A program made the position numbers and the translations under genes. This document shows positions 1-7,783 of a stretch of 62,441 nt of DNA, piece by piece (the stretch's first letter is position 1; every line of letters begins with the position of its first letter). A model generated the notes under the pieces. It was not told the origin of the DNA and did not search any database. It was given only the letters and a program-made list of their open reading frames with translations. This DNA is from a virus (taxonomy: Duplodnaviria; Caudoviricetes): the IMG/VR virus record IMGVR_UViG_3300020579_000013, positions 1 through 62,441 of that record. One strand, 5' to 3'.

Positions 1-214
1 TCTTTCGGCGGACGCCACCGAAAACGCACACATCAGCGGAGACAATGTTGGCCGCGCAGCAGAGGCACGAACGCAATTTCAAGCGCTACCAGAGGAGATG
101 CAAGCGCATTTCCGGACGATGAAGAAATATTACGCGGATGAGCAGCGCAACACGACCGACCAGATCGTGCTGAACGGCTTGCACGCGATGCTGACCAAGG
201 GCGAGGATGCGGCG
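1..214. repeat. Terminal direct repeat / assembly overlap, left copy
   Basis: Identical to 62228-62441 except two synonymous differences (127 A/G, 139 T/C). Confidence 0.97.
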
Positions 215-2695
215 ATGACGGCCAAGGAGTTTGACTCCAAGTATGACGCCGCCACGGTGCGCAAACTTGAACTCGACACCCAAGACGGCCTGCAGAAAGA
301 ATTTGGCGATAAGCTTTCTGGAGCAAGCCAGGACATGATCGCCAAAATCGGCAAACTCTCGCAGAGCAAAGGCCCCTACTTCCCGCTTATGCGCAATGGC
401 GACTACATCGTCACGGCGAAGCGGGCGCGCGCCAGCAAGGAGTTCGACACCAGCCAAGCCGCCCAAGCATATGCTCGCGAGCAGCGCGGCAATGACCCGA
501 CGCTGTCGGTCAATGTTACCCACGACGTCGAGGACGGGATTTACCGTGTCGGCGTCACAGAGCGCGAAGTGCGTATGGCGGAGACGAAAAGTGAAGCGGC
601 GCAACACCGGAAAGAGCTCGCGGCGACCTACGGCGAGGAGAACACCACACCTGTTCAGCTCAAGGCGGATCTATATCAAGGATCCTCCTCGATCACCACT
701 GGTAGTGCACTTGACCGTATCATCAACAAACTTGAGGGCAACCCTGCAGCGCAGGCTGCTATCAAAGATTTCTACCTTCGTTCGCTTGGTGAACAATCTT
801 TCCGTAAGCGGGAACTCGCGCGTGCGAACGTCCGCGGCGTCGACATCCAGAACCAGCACCGCTCGTTCGCGCAGTACGGCCGCTCGCAAAGCTACTATCT
901 CTCGCAGCTCAAGTGGGGCCGCCACCTCGCGAACGCGCAGGGCGAAGTCAACGACACGGTCAAAGACCACCGCGACGAGTCCGAAGTCTCCGCGGTTCGT
1001 ATGGGTGAATTCGCCCATGAGCTCGCGCTCCGGGATCAGATTTCTCGGAACCCGTACCAAGTCTCAGATCTCGTTCGAAAAGGAACAAGTCTGACGCAGT
1101 TTTACATGCTCACGAGCCCCTCTCACTGGTTCGTTCGTGCCGCGCAGCCCTACATGCTGACCGCTCCGTGGCTGGGCGCCCGGCATGGATATGGCGAGTC
1201 GATGGCCGCGCTTGGCCGAGCGCAGGCCCGCATTGCCAGCCCTCTTCTCAACGAAAGTGTGGAGAGCGGACTAGGTCTCAAAGCACTGTTCTCGCGCGCC
1301 GCCGCGGAGAAAACCTACAGTGTGCTCGACCAGGTGATGCAGCATATCAATGACCCCAAAATCAACGATATGCTTCAGCACCTGCGGAACAACAACCTGA
1401 TCGATCTCTCGATGGCCACCGAACTCGCCGACATCGGCAAGGGCAAATCTACCGGTCTGGCTTCTCGCGTACTGGACGCCGGCCGCACAATGCTGCACCT
1501 GGCCGAAGTAAACAACCGCGTTATGACCGCCATCGCCGCACGGGAGCTTGGCCTCAAACAAGGTATGACGGAGAGCCAAGCATGGGATCATGCAGCGGAT
1601 GCGATCAATGTAACCCACAACGACTACTCCTACGGCAACACCCCGCGCGCCTTTATGGCTCAAGCCAAGGGCGTGCTTGGCGGCGCACGGCCGATGATGT
1701 TCCAGTTCATGAAATACCCCCAGCAGGTCTATGGGATGATGATCTCGTCGGGCCTCGCCGCCCTTAAAGGTAAAACTGCGCTCGAACGACAAGTCGGCCT
1801 ACGGACGCTGTCGGGGGTTCTCCTTACGCATATGCTCGCCGCGGGCGCCATCGGCGCTTCCATCCAACCCATGAAGTGGGCGATCGGCGGGTTGATGGCC
1901 GGCGCATCGGCGCTGGGCCTGACCGACCAAAAATATACCGTTGCCGGTGCACTCTCGGGAGATACCTATGACCACGAGCTCCGAGAAGTGGCGACGGATC
2001 TGTTCGGTACTGAGCTCGGCGAAGTCGTCAGTAAAGGACTCCCTGCTGCTATGGGCATTGACCTTAGTCAGCGTATGGCTCTGGGATCGACTTACAACTT
2101 TCATCTTAAGACGGACTCCGATGCCTCTACCCTCGGATCCCTCATGGAAACTTTCGGCGGCCCCTGGCTCAACGTCGCAGAGAACTTCTACGACTCGGGC
2201 AAGTCATTCCTGAATGGCGACGTGGTGAAGGGCATCCAGCAGATGTCTCCGCATATCCTGCGCGACTTGGTGAAGGCCGGCTCGATGGCGGAGAATGGAG
2301 TGGTTAACAATGCTGGCACGAATTTGATCCCTGCCGACAAGCTCACCGGTCCGGAGATCTTCGCGCAATCGCTCGGCTTTCGGCCGGAGAAGGTCGCCGA
2401 GATACAGGACCGCAATAACGCAGAACGCACTGCGCTCGCCAATATCCAGGATCAGAGGAAGTCGATCGTACAAAGGTACGTCGCCGCGGAACCAAATGCG
2501 CGACAGGCTGTCCGAGATGAAGCACTGCAGTTCAGCCGGCAGCATCCGGGATTCAAGATCGACTACTCGACTTTACAGAAAGCCGTGACTTCTCAGCAGC
2601 TTGCACAACGCGAGATGCAGATGTATGGTGTGAGACTGAAAGGCAGACAGCTACCGGAGATTGCGGCCCAGGGGGCCCCATACAACGTCCAGTAG
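1..2695 (+). CDS. C-terminal part of giant internal virion/ejection protein that starts at 57642 (PLxRFG-type domain)
   Basis: ORF 98..2695 is in frame with 57642 across the circular join; YFPLMRNGDY resembles the PLxRFG motif of large phage virion proteins. Confidence 0.85.
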   Translation, partial: LSADATENAHISGDNVGRAAEARTQFQALPEEMQAHFRTMKKYYADEQRNTTDQIVLNGLHAMLTKGEDAAMTAKEFDSKYDAATVRKLELDTQDGLQKEFGDKLSGASQDMIAKIGKLSQSKGPYFPLMRNGDYIVTAKRARASKEFDTSQAAQAYAREQRGNDPTLSVNVTHDVEDGIYRVGVTEREVRMAETKSEAAQHRKELAATYGEENTTPVQLKADLYQGSSSITTGSALDRIINKLEGNPAAQAAIKDFYLRSLGEQSFRKRELARANVRGVDIQNQHRSFAQYGRSQSYYLSQLKWGRHLANAQGEVNDTVKDHRDESEVSAVRMGEFAHELALRDQISRNPYQVSDLVRKGTSLTQFYMLTSPSHWFVRAAQPYMLTAPWLGARHGYGESMAALGRAQARIASPLLNESVESGLGLKALFSRAAAEKTYSVLDQVMQHINDPKINDMLQHLRNNNLIDLSMATELADIGKGKSTGLASRVLDAGRTMLHLAEVNNRVMTAIAARELGLKQGMTESQAWDHAADAINVTHNDYSYGNTPRAFMAQAKGVLGGARPMMFQFMKYPQQVYGMMISSGLAALKGKTALERQVGLRTLSGVLLTHMLAAGAIGASIQPMKWAIGGLMAGASALGLTDQKYTVAGALSGDTYDHELREVATDLFGTELGEVVSKGLPAAMGIDLSQRMALGSTYNFHLKTDSDASTLGSLMETFGGPWLNVAENFYDSGKSFLNGDVVKGIQQMSPHILRDLVKAGSMAENGVVNNAGTNLIPADKLTGPEIFAQSLGFRPEKVAEIQDRNNAERTALANIQDQRKSIVQRYVAAEPNARQAVRDEALQFSRQHPGFKIDYSTLQKAVTSQQLAQREMQMYGVRLKGRQLPEIAAQGAPYNVQ

Positions 2696-2717
2696 CGCGC
2701 GTCAAATAGGAAATTTT

Positions 2718-2882
2718 ATGCCCTGGAATCCAGCAGAATTTGCGGCGAAGCACAACAAGTCGCTTAGCCCCAAACAGGCAAAACAGGCGGCCAGAACCGC
2801 CAATGCCGTTCTCGCACGTACCGGCAACGACGCCAGCGCCATACGCATAGCGAACGCTCAGGTCAAAAAGAAGCATTCGTGA
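2718..2882 (+). CDS. Small basic protein, ChaB/DUF2188-like
   Basis: ATG after AGGA; MPW start and ...SAIRIANA pattern. Confidence 0.5.
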   Translation: MPWNPAEFAAKHNKSLSPKQAKQAARTANAVLARTGNDASAIRIANAQVKKKHS

Positions 2883-2973
2883 GGCATATAATGGCGCTCA
2901 TCCACACAGGAGAGCACTGCCATGATGCCGCCACCGGATTCCGACGATTGGGGAAAACCAGAAGGTGCAGAAG

Positions 2974-4551
2974 ATGAAGCAGCAGAAGTACAGCTGTCCC
3001 CGCTGCGGTGGCACGCTACACCGAGACGGTTACGCTGCAGGCGGTAAGCAGCGGTGGTCATGTCGACCGGCAAAAGGACCCAGACCACACGCATACTGTT
3101 ATCGGACGACTTCGCCAGAATCTCCAAGCGCTCTCCATCAAAGTGGGAAGCCGGAAGGCCCGCCCCCTGTGTTCAAGCGCAAGCTGGGAGCAGTGCGGCG
3201 ATATCTCGTCACCGCCGCGCAAAACGCAACGCCCCTACACGATGGGTTCTGGATGGCGCTCCAGAAAGCGAAGACCCACTATAAGGCCGAGCTGCTCGTC
3301 ATTCCTCTTCGATACCGCAACCCTACTTCGCGTTTCGAGTCGACAAAGATCGAGCACGATGAATGGTGGGACGATCGCGTCGTACCTTTCCTGTGGAACG
3401 TACGAAAAGCACTAAACGACAATCTCGAGGTTTTGGGTGACATAAAGATCCAGCCGACCGCAGTAGAGCCGCTCACCGGTCTGGAAGGGTTCACCGGTGC
3501 GCGCTCGGCGATCGTCGGCCACACCAAGCTATCGTTCAAGACTGTCCCCACGCCGGGCCACAAGATGGCAAAAATTCTCACTACCACGGGGGCCTGCACA
3601 CGGAAGAACTACTCGGACTCGCGTGCCGGCAAACACGGCGAATTCCACCACACACTCGGCGCAGTCATTGTGGAGATTAGCGGCAGCAAGTTCTGGCTGC
3701 GGCATTTGAATGCGAACCAGGACGGTAGCTTTACCGATCTCGATTCGCGCTTTACGGCGAGAGGGCAGGGAGCGGCGGAATCGCCAGAAGCAATTGTTTT
3801 AGGGGATACCCATGTCGATTTTACTGACCCCGATGTTGATCGCGCTACTTTTGGGGTTGGCGGTATTGTGCGAACTCTCAATCCTAAGCGGATCGTCTGG
3901 CACGACTTACTGGACGCTTATAGCTGCAATCCTCATCACCGGGGCAATCCTTTTAATGCAATTGCAAAGCTACGATCCGGACTGGATGATGTTGCAGCAG
4001 AGGTCCAGCGAGCAATCGACTTCGTCCGAACCCGAACCGGCGATGCCCATAGCTATATTGTGTCCTCCAACCATGACGACATGCTGCACCGATGGATCCT
4101 GTCTCACGACTGGAAGGCAGATCCCAAGAATGCAGAGTTCTACCTGGAGACAGCGCTAGCGATTTCGCAGGCAACCAAGATGGGCAGCGGCGGCACGGAG
4201 TATCCGCGGCCGTTCAAGTACTGGGTCGACCGGCTGAAGGCGGCGAATATCACATGTCTGGGGTCGGAGCAGCTCGTCATCGCCGGGATCCTTTGCTCGA
4301 TGCACGGCGACCATGGCCCCAACGGCGCCCGCGGGTCGATAAAAAATCTTCGCCGCATTGGAACTAAGAGCGTAATTGGCCATAGTCACAGTCCCGGCAT
4401 ATCCGAAGGCTGCTATCAGGTCGGCACATCCAGTCGACTGAAACTTGAGTACAATCAAGGTCCTTCTGGCTGGCTAAATTGTCATGCTCTGATTCACGCC
4501 GACGGAAAACGACAGCTCATCGTTATAATCGAGGGCAAGTGGCGACTGTGA
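2974..4551 (+). CDS. T5 A1-like metallophosphoesterase-fold nuclease with N-terminal Zn ribbon
   Basis: VTAAQN, GDTH, HDLLD..NPHH, SNHD, HGDHGPNGARG, GHSH motifs in the order recalled for T5 A1; N-terminal CPRC. Confidence 0.8.
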   Translation: MKQQKYSCPRCGGTLHRDGYAAGGKQRWSCRPAKGPRPHAYCYRTTSPESPSALHQSGKPEGPPPVFKRKLGAVRRYLVTAAQNATPLHDGFWMALQKAKTHYKAELLVIPLRYRNPTSRFESTKIEHDEWWDDRVVPFLWNVRKALNDNLEVLGDIKIQPTAVEPLTGLEGFTGARSAIVGHTKLSFKTVPTPGHKMAKILTTTGACTRKNYSDSRAGKHGEFHHTLGAVIVEISGSKFWLRHLNANQDGSFTDLDSRFTARGQGAAESPEAIVLGDTHVDFTDPDVDRATFGVGGIVRTLNPKRIVWHDLLDAYSCNPHHRGNPFNAIAKLRSGLDDVAAEVQRAIDFVRTRTGDAHSYIVSSNHDDMLHRWILSHDWKADPKNAEFYLETALAISQATKMGSGGTEYPRPFKYWVDRLKAANITCLGSEQLVIAGILCSMHGDHGPNGARGSIKNLRRIGTKSVIGHSHSPGISEGCYQVGTSSRLKLEYNQGPSGWLNCHALIHADGKRQLIVIIEGKWRL

Positions 4552-4937
4552 AGTATTTCACACCGGAGGCACGTAAAGCCGCCCACAAGCGGGCCATGAA
4601 GAAGTATATGGCCACCCCAAAAGGTAAGGCTTTGCAGCGGAAGCACGATGGCTCCGATCGGCGTAAAGAATCTCGTCATGGCCTTCCCGTCGGTTGGTAT
4701 GCGGACCAACGACTTAGGCAGAACAATCTCTGTCTGATCTGTAAGCGGGAACTTAAAGCAGGAAGAATGGTCCACATCGACCATGACCACCGGCACTGCC
4801 CAACTAGGCGGGGTTGTCCGGATTACGTGAGAGGACTTCTATGTCGGGTGTGTAATACCGGATTGGGAGACTTCAACGATTCGCCTGACATGCTGCGAAG
4901 AGCAGCTGATTATCTCGAAGGAAAATGGAGATTATGA
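4548..4937 (+). CDS. Endonuclease VII-family (His-Me) homing endonuclease
   Basis: CLIC..HIDHDH..VRGLLCRVCNTGLG; GTGA overlap with the upstream stop. Confidence 0.9.
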   Translation: MKYFTPEARKAAHKRAMKKYMATPKGKALQRKHDGSDRRKESRHGLPVGWYADQRLRQNNLCLICKRELKAGRMVHIDHDHRHCPTRRGCPDYVRGLLCRVCNTGLGDFNDSPDMLRRAADYLEGKWRL

Positions 4938-5575
4938 TTAAAGCCAAGGTCAATTTTGAAGAGCAGGCGCCGCAGATCACAATGCCGCCGCAGAAGGTCC
5001 GAGTCCTCAAGCAGAGTGACAAGGAAGGTCCACATATCGAACTCGTCACCGGCAGCAATTTCTACTACGCCGATCCGAAGTGGGACATCGGTGCGATCGC
5101 GCATTCTCTGTCTCTGATCTGCCGGTTCGTCGGCCAGTGCAAGAAGTTCTACTCAGTCGCTGAGCACTCCATTCTCGTCTCCCGCATCATGGAAGACATG
5201 GGGCTGGGCGATCCGATGGAAGGTCTAATGCATGATGGTGTCGAGTCGGTTCTGGCCGACGTTCCGCGTCCGGCGAAGCAAATGCTCAAGGACTACAAGG
5301 CATTGGATAAAGCGCTCGACGCCACACTGCGCAAGCAATTCGCGCTTCCGGAAGTAATGACGGAAGGCTGCGTGAAAGCTGACAACATCGCGCTCGCCAT
5401 CGAAGCGCGGGAGCTGATGCCGAACAAGGGTGCGGATTACGTCTTGTCAGACGACGTGTTGCTGGCGGCCCGCAAATCAACTTACATGATTGTTGGCTGG
5501 ACGTCAGAAGACGCCCGCGGCCGCTTTATGACCCGCATGCATGACATTCGCCGGAGGCTCCGTGGACTTCGGTAA
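4925..5575 (+). CDS. HD-domain 5'-deoxynucleotidase (YfdR/YfbR-like)
   Basis: IAHSLSLICRF.G, YSVAEHS, LMHD, VKADN motifs. Confidence 0.85.
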   Translation: MEIMIKAKVNFEEQAPQITMPPQKVRVLKQSDKEGPHIELVTGSNFYYADPKWDIGAIAHSLSLICRFVGQCKKFYSVAEHSILVSRIMEDMGLGDPMEGLMHDGVESVLADVPRPAKQMLKDYKALDKALDATLRKQFALPEVMTEGCVKADNIALAIEARELMPNKGADYVLSDDVLLAARKSTYMIVGWTSEDARGRFMTRMHDIRRRLRGLR

Positions 5576-5708
5576 GTTCGTTCTTATCAGCAAAACTCTT
5601 TTGGATATCGCTGCGGCGATGTGGTTTGTCTTTGAGAAGCCTGCACTGGGAATGATGTTCTTCGGCTTCGCAATAGCTGACCTCGGGATTTTGTGGGTAT
5701 CGGCATGA
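5562..5708 (+). CDS. 48-aa membrane protein, not in ORF track
   Basis: GGAGG then GTG; MDFGKFVLISKTLLDIAAAMWFVFEKPALGMMFFGFAIADLGILWVSA; ATGA overlap with next gene. Confidence 0.65.
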   Translation: MDFGKFVLISKTLLDIAAAMWFVFEKPALGMMFFGFAIADLGILWVSA

Positions 5709-6349
5709 AGGGATATCCCGACAACAATCCCAAGACCCAGTTCGGCTTGGCGAAGTGCCCGGTCCATCTTGTCCCACCGGCCCTTATCCGCGGCGCCGCG
5801 GAAGCATGGAAGAACGGAGCCGACAAGTATGGCCCGTTCAACTGGCGGGAGAAGATGATCTCGGCAACCGTCTACTACGCGGCGGCCATTCGCCACCTGA
5901 CAGACTGGTATGATAGAGTCGATGCTGACGACTGTGCCCCCGACTCGGGCGTGCACCATGTCAAGCATGCCGTGGCCTGCCTCGGCATGATCCTGGACGT
6001 GATGGAGTCGCCAATGTTCAACGACAACCGACCTCCAGGAGTAAAGCGATGTCAGGCGGCCATAACCTCGAGCACGAAGAAACTTACCAAGAACAACCGG
6101 CTATCGTCAAAAAGCGGGAAGAGCGCAACAAAGCGCGCGCCCAGCTCGAAAAGGCGGGTAGGGTCCACAAAGGCGACGGCGTTGATGTCGACCACACCCA
6201 CCCCCTCGCCGAGGGCGGATCAAACAGACCCTCGAATTGGCGCGTTCGGTCGCGCCACGCTAACCGCGCAGAAGGCGATCTCGACGCAAAACGTCGCCCC
6301 ATATAGGCCGTATAGAACGGCACTTGAGCGCGAGCGCGGCATCAGCTAA
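5705..6349 (+). CDS. dATP/dGTP diphosphohydrolase domain protein (DUF5664)
   Basis: NPK..G..K....LVP, GADKYGPFNWR, AAIRHL, DSGVHHVKHA. Confidence 0.85.
   Translation: MKGYPDNNPKTQFGLAKCPVHLVPPALIRGAAEAWKNGADKYGPFNWREKMISATVYYAAAIRHLTDWYDRVDADDCAPDSGVHHVKHAVACLGMILDVMESPMFNDNRPPGVKRCQAAITSSTKKLTKNNRLSSKSGKSATKRAPSSKRRVGSTKATALMSTTPTPSPRADQTDPRIGAFGRATLTAQKAISTQNVAPYRPYRTALERERGIS
6049..6306 (+). CDS. Small HNH-motif protein nested in the DUF5664 ORF
   Basis: AGGAG RBS; KGDGVDVDHTHPLAEGGSN..N..NR. Confidence 0.75.
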   Translation: MSGGHNLEHEETYQEQPAIVKKREERNKARAQLEKAGRVHKGDGVDVDHTHPLAEGGSNRPSNWRVRSRHANRAEGDLDAKRRPI

Positions 6350-6408
6350 ACTCCGGCTGGGTTCTCGAGACCTTGACTTCTAATTTCAACCTATAGGAAC
6401 TGACTCAG

Positions 6409-6903
6409 ATGAAAAACTTTGCAAAGACTTTCGCCGGCGTTGTTGCCGGTATCGCGTTGGCTGCTGGCCTCGCTTATGCCGTTACGCCTACCGCATATAC
6501 CGCTGGCTTCCGCCAGGAAGGTAATGCGAATGGCCTCAATGGCTTGGTGGTTTCTGGTCCGACCGCTCCGGTCACGACCGGCAGCACCTGCGCCAGCGGC
6601 ACCTTGACTGTCACCGGCGGCGCCACGGCGGGCCAGGTTGCCACTACGACCTGCACGACCTTGGTTCTCGTTCTGACTGGCTCGGTATCCAGCCTGGTCG
6701 TGTCGAGCGGCTTGAATGACGGTAAGAATGCCACCAACTCGTCCACGCCTCCGAATGGCGCGGTTTGTTTGGCCTTCGACGAAACGCACTACGCTGCAAT
6801 TGGTGGAACGTACGCGGCAACCGCCACGTCCTATACGTGCACCTACGCGTCGGCGACCATTACGGCCTCCGATGTCATTAAGTACGTGATTCTCGGCTAC
6901 TAA
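6409..6903 (+). CDS. Thr/Ser/Ala-rich protein with Sec-type signal peptide
   Basis: MKNFAKTFAGVVAGIALAAGLAYA leader; AGGA RBS. Confidence 0.7.
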   Translation: MKNFAKTFAGVVAGIALAAGLAYAVTPTAYTAGFRQEGNANGLNGLVVSGPTAPVTTGSTCASGTLTVTGGATAGQVATTTCTTLVLVLTGSVSSLVVSSGLNDGKNATNSSTPPNGAVCLAFDETHYAAIGGTYAATATSYTCTYASATITASDVIKYVILGY

Positions 6904-6923
6904 GCCAAACCCGTTCTGGGTAT

Positions 6924-7751
6924 CTAAGGCCCCCGTTCTGGGGGCCTTTTCATTTGTGGTAGATGGACTTTGAACGAGCTCGAGCTGTTCGCATTGAGGA
7001 GGTAGTGGGTGAACTCCTCGTCAGGGCTGCGCACGTACCAGGGCAGGTGCCGCGCGGTGTAGGGCCTTAAGGTCCTGCAGCCGCAGATCCGGTACTCACT
7101 CATTATGTGTTTGTGGTAGATGGCAAAGGTGGTGTCGACGGGTGCCAGCAGGGCAACATCATCCAGGGGCGGCGCGCGCCAATAGGAAGCCTCTATGTGG
7201 GCGTTGATCGGGTAGAAAGGCAAGTCCGGGGTGTAGTCGTTGATCTCCAGGGAGAGCCCCACCTTGCCCTGGGCGGGGTATTTGAGCAGGAGGTCTGCCA
7301 GGTGTTGGAGAGCGTCAGGCGGGACGCCCGACAAGTCCAGGTCCGGATCCGAGACTACGTACAGGTCTGTCTGAATGGCGGCTTGCACCTGGGGCAGCCA
7401 GGCGGCCGTATGGCCGACATTGGGTAGGCGGATAACTCGATAGGGGCAGGTCTTGTACCAGGCCAGGAGCGGCGCGTACGTCGAAGCGTTATCAATTATC
7501 AGGATCTCGGCGAGGTGATTGAAGCGGCTAATCGCCTCACACATGGCCCGCGGCCAGGTCAGCAGATCGCGGTTGTTCAGGACAACCGTTACTAGTGGTA
7601 CAGGCCGAACTCTATCCGGCGCAGGTCGGCTTCCCGGTAGCGGGTTTCCATTGTCTTGATCACGCTCGCTCGCTTGGCCCAGGTCAGGAAGTAAATCGCG
7701 GCGGTTTGTCCCTTGTCGAGGGTATTGGTTACCTGGAGGAGTTCCTGGCAT
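6924..7751 (-). CDS. GT-A fold glycosyltransferase (GT2-like); start uncertain
   Basis: VVLNNRD, IIDNAS, SDPDLD (DxD), APVDTTFAIY. Confidence 0.8.
   Translation of the reverse strand: MPGTPPGNQYPRQGTNRRDLLPDLGQASERDQDNGNPLPGSRPAPDRVRPVPLVTVVLNNRDLLTWPRAMCEAISRFNHLAEILIIDNASTYAPLLAWYKTCPYRVIRLPNVGHTAAWLPQVQAAIQTDLYVVSDPDLDLSGVPPDALQHLADLLLKYPAQGKVGLSLEINDYTPDLPFYPINAHIEASYWRAPPLDDVALLAPVDTTFAIYHKHIMSEYRICGCRTLRPYTARHLPWYVRSPDEEFTHYLLNANSSSSFKVHLPQMKRPPERGP
6926..6950. terminator. Terminator between convergent arms
   Basis: AAGGCCCCC-GTTCT-GGGGGCCTT hairpin followed by TTCATTT. Confidence 0.75.
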
Positions 7752-7783
7752 ATGTCGATGTCATCCGCCGCTTCCGCTGTCAT
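7592..7783 (-). CDS. Small hypothetical protein overlapping the GT N-terminus
   Basis: GGAG RBS, overlaps primase stop. Confidence 0.4.
   Translation of the reverse strand: MTAEAADDIDICQELLQVTNTLDKGQTAAIYFLTWAKRASVIKTMETRYREADLRRIEFGLYH

Noticed and set aside
1-214. True physical terminal repeats
   Set aside because: The overlap falls mid-gene, which is typical of an assembly circularisation artefact.
4925-6349. 2-aminoadenine (Z) genome pathway suggested by the HD hydrolase and dATP/dGTP diphosphohydrolase
   Set aside because: No PurZ/adenylosuccinate-synthetase-like ORF was found anywhere in the genome.
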